This document shows positions 36,301 to 46,923 of a stretch of DNA of 64,000 bases, piece by piece. Position numbers and translations under genes: made by a program. The notes under the pieces are model-generated. The model worked only from the letters and a program-made list of their open reading frames with translations, ran no database searches and was not told the origin of the DNA. Numbering within the stretch: position 1 is the first letter of the stretch; every line of letters begins with the position of its first letter. The stretch is from NCBI GenBank assembly GCA_963845755.1, contig CAWJTV010000011.1, forward strand, positions 544,001 to 608,000, given 5' to 3'. This stretch comes from an uncultured Planctomycetota bacterium (GTDB lineage: Bacteria > Planctomycetota > Planctomycetia > Isosphaerales > Isosphaeraceae).

Positions 36301-38363
36301 CGTGTTCGTCGGCGACGCCCAGAATAACCTGATCCATCGGAGGATTCTTGTTCCTGATGGGCCAACCTTCCAGGCGGTCCGCGGCCCGCGCGAGCAGGCC
36401 ACGGAGTTCGTCCGCTCGTCGGACAACTGGTTCCGGCCCGTGAACTTCGTGAACGCGCCGGATGGTACGCTCTACGTCCTCGACATGAGCCGTGCGGTCA
36501 TCGAGGCAATTCATATCCCGCTCGACGTGGTCAAGCATCTCGACCTGAAGCGTGGGCGCGATCAGGGCCGGATCTACCGGATTGCGCCGCCGGGGTTCCG
36601 CTATACACGTCCGCCGCGCCTGAGCCAGGCTACGACGATCGAGCTGGTGGCCGCGCTGGCGCGGCCTGACGCCTGGTACCGCGACACGGCGCATCGCCTG
36701 ATCTTCGAACGCCAGGACCCGGCCGCGATCGAGCCGTTACGGAAGCTGTTGAGTCCGGCCAGAGCCGCATTCCCACCGGCACAGGTCAATGCGCTCTGGT
36801 CGCTGGAAGGATTGAAAGCGCTCAGGGATGATGATCTTGCCGTGGTCTTATCAGACCCCGTGCCGGAAGTCCGCGCCCAGGCGGTCGTGCTGGCCGCCGC
36901 GCGGCTCGATCGATCGCGGGCCTTGCTCGAGAAGGTCATGGACCTGGCCATTGACGTCGATTCGCGCGTGCGGTTCCGCGTCGCGCTGGCACTCGGTGAA
37001 ACGAACCGACCCACGTGCCGTATGCCGCTCTGGCGCGGATCGCCCGCATCGGGATGCGGCGAACCGCTGGATCCGCACCGCCGTGCTCAGCTCGTGCGCC
37101 GCGACGGCCGATCGGCTGTTCGTGGACCTCTGGACGAACCAGGCCCCGCCCACACCGGACGTCGCCGAGTTGCTGAAGCCGCTGGTGGAGATCGTCGGCG
37201 CGCGGAACCGACCCGAGGAGATCGGCCGCGTGCTCGATGTGCTGGCGGGCTCACAGGTCGCCTCGGCACTTGCGATGCGAGACGGGCTGGTCCTGTCCTT
37301 GGCCCGAGGCGTGCGGCGTTCGGGCGGACGGATTCCGATCGATCCGAAGTCGGCGCGGCCTGGGGTTGCGATGGTCGCGCGCTCGTTCCAGCGTGCCCGG
37401 GCCTTGACCCACGACGCGCACACGCCCGAGGCGGCACTCCTGACCGCGATCGACATATTGAGCACGCTCGACCCGGACGGATCGCATGCGGATTTGCAGG
37501 AATGGCTCGCACCGCAGCAGCCGCTGTCGGTGCAGGTCGCCGTGGTGCGGGCCATGGCCGAGGGCCGCGCGGCGAACCTGCCCGACATCCTGCTGCCCCG
37601 CCTGCGCACCTTCGAGCCGACGGTCCGCGCGGCGGCCATCCGGACCCTCTTGAGCCGCACCGATTGGACCAGGGCGCTGCTCCGCGCCATCCAGCCCGGC
37701 GCCGCGGGCGGGATCAGCCCCAGCCTGATCGAGCCGTCCGACCGGACGCCGCTGGTGAAGCATCGCGACCCCGAGATCGCCCGGCTGGCCAGGCCGTGTT
37801 CGGCCAGTCCGCAACGGGCTCCCGCGCCCCGAGTCATCGCCGACTACGCCTCGATCCTGCGGACCAAGGGTGACCCCGGCCGCGGTGCCAAGGTGTTCGA
37901 CCGCGAATGCAAGACCTGTCACAAGGTCAGCGACCGCGGATTCGCGCTCGGCCCCGACCTGACCGGCTCACCGTCGAGCGATTCCGCCGCGCTGATGGCC
38001 AACATCCTCGACCCGAATGCCAGCGTCCAGCCTGCGTATCTTCAATACATGGTGATTGACCAGAACGGCCGGACGTATTCAGGCATCATCGCAAATGAGA
38101 CGGCGACCAGCCTGACCCTCCGCCGCGGCGACGGCGCCGAGGACACCATCCTCCGTGCGCAGGTCGCCGAGATGGCCAGCACCGGGCTGTCGCTGATGCC
38201 CGAGGGGATCGAGAAGGCAATCACCAAACCCGAGATGGCCGACCTGATCGCCTTCCTGCGAGCCTCGCATCGCGGCGGCCCGGGAGAAGGGCCGGACGCC
38301 GACGACCGCGCGCGTCCGCTCGATATCGGGACCTTGCCGGGGCTGATCGAGCCGGATCATTGA
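33400..38363 (+). CDS. CehA/McbA-type metallohydrolase fused to a PVC-type dehydrogenase-like beta-propeller, HEAT repeats and a CxxCH heme domain (frameshifts near 34700, 37010 and 37800)
   Basis: SGDLHLH, EYRS..YGHL, GASD, GRSFVTTGP and AHTNPVYV; then FRMELVAAEP, LLRDTDGDGRFD, FDDWGNRF, WFRPV and GRIYRI; then CKTCH..GPDLT..SLMPEG..DLIAFL. Confidence 0.82.
34570..34696. repeat. REP-like inverted-repeat element inside the coding sequence
   Basis: TCCTCCCCCCCTTACGGAGGAGGGGCCAGGGGGG ... ACCCCCCCATACCCCCCCTTCGCAAGGAGGGAGAA. Confidence 0.75.
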
Positions 38364-38403
38364 GGCCGTTGCTCTCGCGGACGACGTGGCGTAGCATGAG
38401 TGT

Positions 38404-38444
38404 ATGCCGACCGTACTCCGAAGCGGGCCGTTCCGATTCTTCCC
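38404..38444 (+). pseudogene. N-terminal stub of a DUF4160-family gene
   Basis: MPTVLRSGPFRFF matches the typical DUF4160 start. It is cut off by a REP element and lies upstream of DUF2442, the usual partner. Confidence 0.65.
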
Positions 38445-38565
38445 CTCGTCCCACGCTCCCGCGTGGGAATGCCGTCCCGGACGCTCCGCGTCCCCGTCGG
38501 CGCCGAAGACCGCGACGCAGAGCGTCGACGACGGCATCCCACGCAAGAGCGTGGGAACGAGGGGA
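38441..38565. repeat. REP doublet (REPIN), CTCGTTCCCACGCTC type
   Basis: TCCCCTCGTCCCACGCTCCCGCGTGGGAATGCC ... GGCATCCCACGCAAGAGCGTGGGAACGAGGGGA; same family as 13247-13294. Confidence 0.88.
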
Positions 38566-38606
38566 GTTCGCCGTCTGACCGCGTGATTGAAGAAGACGGT
38601 CCTGAA

Positions 38607-39023
38607 TTGGGGGCTGATTCCGCGGTTGAAAGCCGGGTCGCCTTGGCCACCGGCGTGATGGTCAGCGAGGATACTCTCTCCGTGGAGCTAGCCGACGGCC
38701 GCACCATCGCCGCACCGCTGGCCTGGTATCCACGCCTGTCGCATGCCACAGCCGAGGAGCGGAATTCCTGGCGGCTAATCGCCAACGGCCAGGGAGTCCA
38801 CTGGCCAGCCCTCGATGAAGACATCAGCCTCGTCAATCTCCTCGCGGGTCAACCCTCGGCCGAAAGCCAGAGTTCGTTCAAGAAATGGCTCGCGAGCCGG
38901 GCCAAACCACGCCCCGGAACAAAGTGGCCGAGAGCCTACATCACGTCAGTGGTGGCTTCTCGAGGAATCCGATGCGGTAGATCCGAGGAACCGAACGCGG
39001 TGAGCACAGTTAGACGCCGTTAA
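38607..39023 (+). CDS. DUF2442 family protein (putative antitoxin); start uncertain
   Basis: LSVELADGRTIAAPLAWYPRL..AT.EER..W..GQGVHWPALDEDISL..LLAG. Confidence 0.85.
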   Translation: MGADSAVESRVALATGVMVSEDTLSVELADGRTIAAPLAWYPRLSHATAEERNSWRLIANGQGVHWPALDEDISLVNLLAGQPSAESQSSFKKWLASRAKPRPGTKWPRAYITSVVASRGIRCGRSEEPNAVSTVRRR

Positions 39024-39052
39024 GTACCGGCGAGGAAAGGATGGGACACACC

Positions 39053-39445
39053 ATGGAGATGGAGCGGTTCGAGGCGGAGATCAAGGATCTCTCCCAGCGC
39101 GTCAGCAAACTGGAGCCCGGACGAAAGGGATGGCGGGTCGCTCGCCGCAACCGAGGCCTGCCGATCCTTCGACACATCATCAGGGTTCCGAGGACCCGGC
39201 AGGACAAGGGCAACCCACCGACTGGCCTGGGCTCGAGACGATCGAATTCCGATCGGTCGCGGCCTTCGAGCAGGATCTCGAAAGGCTCGACGCACCGCGA
39301 GCACCAACGTGTCATCGAGACCATCAATGCCAAGTCGCCGCTCTGGCTGAAGGATCGTCGGAGAGCGGAGAAGGAGTTCCTTCGTCCGTTCGTCTTCCGG
39401 CTTCGCGGTGGACTGGAATCGTCGCTGTATGACGATTCCGGCTGG
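39053..39445 (+). pseudogene. Frameshifted, truncated hypothetical gene with a RelE-like pattern
   Basis: Joining frames gives IEFRSVAAFEQDLERLD..EHQRVIETIN..LRGGLESSLY, which resembles a RelE/ParE N-terminal half. Confidence 0.35.
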
Positions 39446-39617
39446 AAAGGCGCAGAGGAATCATCCTGGCGGTGGATGACGATCCCATCTTCGGCCAGGT
39501 GATTGTTACCCTGTGAGGGTCGTGACGAAGCGTGTCAGAAAGGCGGCATACGACGAGCTTGCAGAGCTGCTGTATCCTGGACAAGTCCTCGAAGTTCAGA
39601 AGCTGGAAGGTCAATGA

Positions 39618-39998
39618 ATGGCCAGGATCAAATGCTTGAAGGACGAGTACGGGATCATCCGAGAGGCCGCGAAGATTCTACCTGATGATGCCTTGAAGGC
39701 TGCCTTCCCCGATGCGCTCGGCGAACTCGAGGACAATGATTGTTATGTGAAGAAGTCGTTCCCTCAGACCCGGCTGCACCGGATTACTGGGATCAAGCAG
39801 GCCATCTTTCGTGCCGACATCGACAGGATTTCGGGCTGGAGGTTGCACCTGCAGATGGGCAAGGATACTTGCATCCATCTCAAGGATATCATCGAGGGTC
39901 AGAAGCACGATGACGTGGTTCAGGTGATCAAGGCCAAGAAAGAGCCTCTCCAAGATAGAATATGCACTCAGCCTCCTCGTTTATCGGGCGAATCCCCC
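39618..39998 (+). CDS. About 110-aa basic hypothetical module, in frame with the downstream STAND gene
   Basis: Natural-looking protein (TRLHRITGIKQAIFRADIDRISGWRLHLQ..HDDV) with GGAAGG upstream; composition is more AT-rich than its neighbours. Confidence 0.6.
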
Positions 39999-42900
39999 AT
40001 GAACGAACTCCGCGTCCTCTTCACCCCTGACAAAGACAAGGGCTATCTCGCCCACCTCGCCGATGCCGGCGACAACAAACTGGGCGTCGAAGTCCCGTTC
40101 ACACCCTTCCTGACCGAGGACGATTACGAGAACCTGTGCTGGTACCTGGAAGAGTACATGGACCTGCCCGACGGCGGCGCGGTCACCCGGGCGCGGGGCA
40201 TCGAAAAAGACCTCGACCGCTGGGGCCACACGCTGCACGACGCCCTGTTCGCCGCCAGGGAGAACCGCGACCTGCTGAAGAGCCTCCTCGCCGCTTCAGA
40301 GCCGCGCGAGCTGACCCTGGCCACCCAGGACCCGATGCTGCTGCGGCTCCCCTGGGAGCTGATGGCCGACGGCGCGGGCCGGCTGGCGCAACGGGTGTCC
40401 GTGCGCCGGCAGTTGGAAGAACCGGAGAAATCCGCGACGGTCGCGGCCAAGCTTCCCCTGCGGATCCACTACATCGTCAGCCGGCCGACCGATGCGGGCT
40501 TCATCGATCCCCGGTTCACCACCAAGGCACTCTTCGACGCGCTCGACCCGCTCGGGGGCAGCGTGCGGGTGGATTTCTGCCGCCCGCCCACCGTGGCGCG
40601 CATGGAGGAGCTGCTCCGCGACGGCCAGCATGCCAGCGACCCGTACGACCTCGTCCACTTCGACGGCCATGGCACGTTCTTGCCGCATTCGCAGATCGGC
40701 GCATTGTGTTTCGAGCAACCCGACGATGGTTCGGACGTCTCGAAGACCGACCTCGTCGAGGCCGAGCGGCTGGGCAACCTCCTGGCGAAGTATCGGGTTC
40801 GTCTCGTCGTGCTGGAGGCATGCCGTAGCGGCACTGTGGGGAAGTCCGCCGTCTTCCGTTCGGTCGCACCCAGGTTGATCAAGGCGGGCGTAAGCAGCGT
40901 GCTCTCGATGAGCCATGCCGTCCACGTCGAGGCTGCAAGACTGCTGCTCGACCGCTTCTACCGCGAACTGGTGCGCGGGACCACCATCGGCCATGCCGTG
41001 GCCCAGGCCCGCGGCGCCTCGACGTCCACCCCAGCCCGCTGGCTGGAATCCGGTCCGGGAGCCTTGACCATCACCCTGGCGGACTGGTTCCTGCCCCACC
41101 TCTACCAGCGCGGTGTGGATGATGCACTCGTCCCGCCCGATGCCGCCGAACAGCCGCCCGTGCGAGAGTTCGACATCTTCCTCAGCCACAATCACAACGA
41201 CTCGGACCGCGTCGAGGCGCTCGCCCGCTTACTTGTGGAAACGCACGGCCTGCGAGTCTGGCTCGACAAGTGGGAGTGCGGGCCTGGCGGACTAGAGCCG
41301 CAATGCGAGATCGGTATCAAGAACAGCCGTTTCACGGTTGTCGTCACCTCGCAGGACGCCCTTAAGTCGAGGTGGGTGCGGTGGGAAATCAAGAAGCACA
41401 ACCAGCTCAATCCCGATGGCGACCGCCTCATCCCGGTCAAATTTGAGCCGCTGAAACTTCCGCCCAAGTTGGATGGTCTGCTCTGGGTGGACTTCACCGA
41501 TCCCGCCCGTGACGTCGACAACGCCGCGATCCTCGCCCGGCTCATCCGCAGTGCCGACGCCGAGGACGCCCGTCGCCGTCGCAGGTTCCGCAGCCCGGCA
41601 CAGCGGCCCGAGGAACCCGGCCGATTCCCACCGCCGCCGCAATACAGTTTCCACGGCCGGGCGCGGGAGCTCCACATTTTGGAGCGACGATTCCGCACCG
41701 AGCGCGGCATCGTGCTGCATGCCATGGGCGGAATGGGCAAGACCGCGCTGGCCACCGAGGCAGCCCACTGGTGGACGCGCAGCGGCCTGTTCCACGATGG
41801 CGCCTGCTTCCTCAGCTTCGAGCAATTCGCCAGCGCCGACCGCGTGATGCAAGTCCTCGGCACCTACCTCGCCGGGCCGAAGTTCGAGCAGCTCCCCGCC
41901 GTCGAGCAGCGCCGCCGAGCCATCGAGCTGTTCCAGCAACACGCCGTGCTCATGGTCTGGGACAACTTCGAGAGCGCCCTGCCGGAGTTCGAAGACCCGG
42001 CCAGCCCCTACACCGACGACGAGCGCCGCCGCCTCGCCGAGCTGTTCCGCGACCTCACCACCGGCGAAGGCCAGGGCCGACTGCTTGTCACCTGCCGGCC
42101 CGGCGACACCGGCCTGCCCGGGGCCGGACGATACGAACTCCACGGCCTCGAACCCGCCGACAGCCTGTGGCTGCTGTCGCACATCCTGAAACGCGATGGC
42201 CTGACCTTCAACGATCCCCGGTTCGCCCGCGACCGGCTCGATCCCCTGCTGCGCGATCTGGCACACCATCCACACTCACTCGAGCTCGTTGGCCCGTACC
42301 TGCGCATCGCTCACGCCGGAGGCTATCCGGGCCGACCTCGGTAAGATCGTGGCGGAGGCCAAGCAGGATGCGCCGGAGGGCCGCAACCAATCGCTGTTCG
42401 CCTCCCTGGAGTTCTCCCGCCGCCATCTCAGCCCCGCCGCCCGCGCGGCGCTCCCCTGGCTCGGCCTGTTCCGCGGCGGGGTGTTTGAGATCAATCTGCT
42501 CGACGTGAGCCAGCTCGACCCGGCCGCCTGGGAATCCATCCGCCGGGAGCTGCAAGCCATCGCCCTGGTGCGGCCGGAGGACGACATCCAGATCACCGGC
42601 CGCCTTTTTCTGCGTTTCCACCCCACCCTCGCCTCCGCCGCGGCCGACGCCGCCCTGGCGCAGCAGCCCGAGACCCGCCGGCGCTTCATCGACGTCTATT
42701 ATGCCCTCAAGCGGGCGCTGGACCAGGCACTGAACGGCTCCCAATCGCGTACTGCGCTGGCAATCCTGGACCGCGAGGAGGCGAACTACCGCACCGCCGT
42801 CCACTGGGCCTTGGCCGATCGGCAATTCCGGGCCGCCGCGGCGCTGGGCGACACGTTTCGCGACTATCTGCAAATGTCCGGCCGCCTCCGCGAACGCGAT

Positions 42901-44361
42901 GCCTGGGTGCAGTGGCTGAAGGACGTAGTGACCCAGCAGGGCTTTACCCGGGAAGCCGCCACCTACGAACGGCAGCACGCCTACACGCGGTTTACCCAGG
43001 GCGATCCGCAGGGCGCGGTAGAGCAGCTCCAGGCCCTCATCGAGCGCCTCCGCCACACCACGGAGTTCGATCCCGCGTTTCAACTGGCCTTGGCGATTGG
43101 GGACTTGGGCAGGATCTTGTACCTCAGCGGTGCTCCGACCCAGGCGATCCGCATCCTGCGGGAATCCATCGGGCTCTGGGAGGCTCTGGTAGAGAAAACC
43201 GGTGGCCAGCCCTGGGAGACGCTGTTGTCCATGCCGGACCACGCCAAGGCCGCGGCCGAACTGGGGAACCTCTCCGCCACGATGGGCGATTTGGCCAATG
43301 CCCTGAGGGAAGCTGGTCAATACGACGAGGCCCTGGTCGTGGCGGAGAAGGTTCTGGGGATTCAACAAACTCTGGGCAACCAGCGCGAAGTCGCGACCGG
43401 CCACATCCAGTGCGCCCAGATCCTCATGGCGGCGGGCCGCTACGACGAGGCCGATGCCCGCTACGACCTGGCCCTGGCCGCCGCACGCCAGGCCGGGGAC
43501 AAGGAACAGGAGGGAACGACCCTCCAGCATCAGGGTTTCCTCGCCGACAACCGCAATCAACTCGGCCGCGCCATTCGACTTTACCAGCAGGCGCTCCGGC
43601 TCTTTCAGGAGGCGGGCGATCAGGGCTCGATGATGCGGACCTACAACCTCTTCGGCGAGGTCGAACGGAAGGCGGGCCGCCTGGCCGAGGCGCGGGCCTG
43701 GTACGAGAAGTCCCGCGAGCTGGCCGGGCAGTTGAAGGATCAGGTCGGCCTTGGCCAGGCCGCCCAGAACCTCGGCATCGTCTGTCAGATCGAAGGCGAT
43801 GCCGCCCGCGAGCGGGGCGACGAGCCGGCGGCCCGGCGGCACTACGAGGCCGCCCGCCAATCCGTGGAGGAAAGCTTGCGAATCAGGCAATCCCTCGGCA
43901 ACAAGCCCGATGAAGCCGGCTCGTTGAGTCAGCTCGCCCGCATCCACCTGCGCCTCGGCGACCTCGCCGCCGCCGCGCACCACGCCCACGCAGCCCGCCA
44001 GATCCGCGAATCCCTCGGCCTCCTGGATGTCTGGAGGAACTACGACACCCTCTCCGAGATCGCCCAGGCCCGCGGTGATGCAGCCGCCGCTAGCGAGTCG
44101 GCGCAGAACGCGCGATGCCGTGCTCGCAGAAGCCAAACGCCGCGCCCACGGTCTGGCCAAGTAGGGTGCTCTGCGAGCACCGAATCCCCGTGTCAAAACG
44201 ATTGGTGCTCACAGAGCACCCTACAAACCGGCTTCGGCGATGGCTCGTTCCCCGCGTTCGCCGTCGGCCAACTCCCGCCGATCCCCCACGGCCTGCCGGC
44301 CGAGCTTCGCCAGTGGCTGGAGGAGTTGACGCAACCCATCCGAGACGCGCCGCGGGGATGA
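39999..44361 (+). CDS. CHAT protease-TIR-STAND NTPase-TPR protein (frameshift near 42308; 3' end uncertain after about 44100)
   Basis: LPWELM, VHFDGHG and VVLEACRS (CHAT); FDIFLSHN..VWLDKWE..SRWVRWEI (TIR); FHGRAREL, MGGMGKT and VWDNFES (STAND); C-terminal TPRs. Confidence 0.88.
44161..44224. repeat. GTAG-type REP doublet
   Basis: GTAGGGTGCTCTGCGAGCACCGAATC ... GATTGGTGCTCACAGAGCACCCTAC. Confidence 0.8.
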
Positions 44362-44472
44362 GGGCGCGAAGGCAAGCCGATTGTTGGGTGCGGGTCGCTT
44401 CACCGGCAAAATCGGCAATGATCGCAATAACGGCAAAGACGGCAGACCTTGCCACAATGAGGCTCGTCCGCT

Positions 44473-44784
44473 CCATAGATACTCAGTTTCTCCGTAGATG
44501 CTCACCTCCCCGAGTGAGTATCTACGGCGTTTGGTGAGTATCTACGGGGCCCGGTCAACACACATGACCACCCCCACGGCCCGTCGAGCCGGTCCGGACG
44601 GGGACGGCTCCGTTCCCATAGAGGCTCACCTCTCTTCATAGGGGCTCACTCTCTGAAGGTGAGCCCCTTCGGCGGTTGGTGAGCCTCTACGGTCGAGCCG
44701 GTCCGGACGGGGACGGACGGCTCCGGTCCCATGCAGGCTCACTTTGTCTATGGAGGCTCACGCGCGCAGGCTGAGCCTCCATGG
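44473..44784. repeat. Array of eleven 14-bp motifs (consensus about CCATAGAGGCTCAC) in three inverted blocks
   Basis: Forward copies at 44473, 44492, 44616, 44636, 44729 and 44748; reverse copies at 44514, 44534, 44659, 44679 and 44771. Blocks are joined by the repeated linker GTCGAGCCGGTCCGGACGGGGACGG. Confidence 0.85.
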
Positions 44785-45127
44785 GGATGCCGGTGGAGAG
44801 GACCGAAAGAAACGACCAGGACCGCGGCCTGCTCCGCAATTCCTGACCATGGACCATCGACGACTCTTCCTTCCGGCACGCGATGGTCGAAAAAGATGCC
44901 AAAAAGTGCCACCCTGCCGAGCCGGTTGGCCGCCCGAAGTCTCGGGAGCAACTGTTGTTGCTTCAAGACCATCGCCTCGGCCCCGCGTGGCACGGCACTC
45001 GGGTGTGAGGCGTCAGGAGATGGCGGACACGTCGGGAGAGTCCGGCGGGAAAGACTGACCTATAAGTGGACTTCCCCGGTACACTGAGTTGACTTCAACG
45101 CGATGTCATCCTCCCAGGGTTCTCACG

Positions 45128-45908
45128 ATGAACACAACCCCCACGACCCCATGGAATACCAGCCTCTACGACGACAAGCATTCGTTCGTCTGGAAGCATG
45201 GGGCCGCGCTGCTCGATCTTCTGGTACCAAAGCCGGGCGAGCGGATCATCGACCTCGGCTGCGGCACGGGTCATCTGACGACCAAGATTGCGGAGGCCGG
45301 GGCCGAGGTCGTCGGCATCGATTCCTCATCCGAGATGGTCGCAGAGGCGCGGAGCCTCTATCCCAACATTCGTTTCGAAATCGCCGATGCCCGCGACTTC
45401 GCGTTCGCTGAGCCGTTCGACGGGGTGTTCTCCAACGCCGTGCTCCACTGGGTCAAGGAGCCCGAGAAGGCCATCGCCTGCGTGCAAGAAGCCCTGAAGC
45501 CGGGCGGTCGGTTCGTGGCGGAGTTCGGCGGGCGGGGAAATGTCAAAGCGATCGTCTCAGCCCTCGATGCGGCATCCCGCGCGATCGGCCTCGGAGCCTG
45601 GGAACATCCCTGGTACTACCCCGGCGTCGGCGAGTATGCTCCGCTGCTCGAACGTGCGTGGGCTGGAGGTGACCCACGCGTTCCTCTTCGACCGCCCGAC
45701 TCCTCTGGAAGGCGAACAGGGCCTGCGAGACTGGGTCAAGATGTTCTGCGGCAGCCTCCTGGGCCGCGTACCGCCTGCCGATCATGAGGGCTTCTTCCGG
45801 AATGTCGAAGAGGTCGCCCGGCCGACGCTCTATCGCGACAGTGGGTGGTTTGCCGATTACCGACGCCTGCGTATCGTGGCACGCAGGACCGACGATCTCG
45901 AGACCTGA
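45128..45908 (+). CDS. Class I SAM-dependent methyltransferase (trans-aconitate methyltransferase-like; frameshift near 45660)
   Basis: IIDLGCGTGHLT, GIDSS, FDGVFSNAVLHWV, GGRFVAEFGG and WFADYRRLR. Confidence 0.9.
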
Positions 45909-45929
45909 TCCAGACAAAGGAGGCAGTGG

Positions 45930-46482
45930 ATGAAACGCAGCTTTGCCATGCTGGTCCTGCTGACCGGCTTTACGGTGGCGGCTTTCTCGGCGATGGAAAC
46001 GGATCCCCCGGCGCCGAGCGCCGATCGGGTCGGCTTCCCGAAAGACTACCGCGAGAAGTTCACGGTGCTCCGCCGCGTCAACCGGCCCGAAAAGAAGCAG
46101 GTCGTCACCGTCTATGGGAACGAGCCCGCCGCGTCGATCAAGCGTCCCGCGGACTTGCCCTATCCCTATGGCTCGATCCTCGTCATGGAGACGGCCGGTG
46201 CCAGGAAGGATGCCGAAGACAAGACTCTACTCGATGGCGAGGGCTATTATCGCAAAGACCAGGTCGTCGGCCTCCATGTCATGAGGCGAGAGAACGGATT
46301 CGGCGAAGCCTACGGCAAGAATCGGACCGGTGAGTGGGAGTACGTGGAATACCGGGCCGATCAGACCTACATCACCCCGCCCCAGAAGTCCTTCGCGTGC
46401 GGCAGAGTGCCACCTCAAGGCGGGGCGAGAGCGCGACTTCGTCTACCGGGGAAGGCTTCCGGCCGCCGCAGGGGAGAAATGA
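45930..46482 (+). CDS. Cytochrome P460 family protein (frameshift near 46400)
   Basis: Signal peptide, FPKDYRE, YPYGSILVME, VMRR..GFG and GEWEY. Removing one base restores CAECH..RDFVY. Confidence 0.8.
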
Positions 46483-46493
46483 GGTCCCTGAGC

Positions 46494-46883
46494 ATGGAAC
46501 CGATTCAGATCCTAGGCTTACTCCTGATGGCCTTGTGCCTTTTCCTGGCCTTCTGGGTCCCCGCGGAGTTCCTGCGCAAAGCGGGATTCTCCCGATGGAT
46601 CGCCTTGATCATCCCGTTGACCGGATTCGTCGGACTGGCCATCTTCGCGTTCATCGAATGGCCGGTTGAGCGCGAGCTGGCCTGGCTGCGCTGGAAGTCG
46701 GGTGAGCTGACGGCCGATACCCTCCCATCGATCGAACGATACGCTGTCGAACTCGAGCGGCGCGGCGAATGGAAGAAGGCCGCCGAGATCTACATGGAGC
46801 TGGCACAGAGGGTACCTGCTGATGAGAACGGTGAGTATTACCAGAACTGCGTGAAGCGCCTGAAGGAGCACCTGGACGTGTAG
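46494..46883 (+). CDS. Small membrane protein with a TPR-like tail
   Basis: LRKAGFSRWIALIIPL..LAIFAFIEWP; two to three TM segments. Confidence 0.65.
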   Translation: MEPIQILGLLLMALCLFLAFWVPAEFLRKAGFSRWIALIIPLTGFVGLAIFAFIEWPVERELAWLRWKSGELTADTLPSIERYAVELERRGEWKKAAEIYMELAQRVPADENGEYYQNCVKRLKEHLDV

Positions 46884-46923
46884 CCGGGGGTCCTGGGCGA
46901 GCGTGCCCCGTGAGGGACCTGTC

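Noticed and set aside
44404..44450. Short CGGCAA-type tandem repeats
   Set aside because: Too short and degenerate to support a function.
44473..44784. CRISPR array
   Set aside because: Units are only 14 bp, occur in both orientations, lack unique 30-40 bp spacers, and no cas genes are present in the window.
45930..46883. A single 317-aa cytochrome-membrane fusion ORF
   Set aside because: One extra base near 46400 hides the CAECH motif and the stop at 46480-46482, so these are two separate genes.
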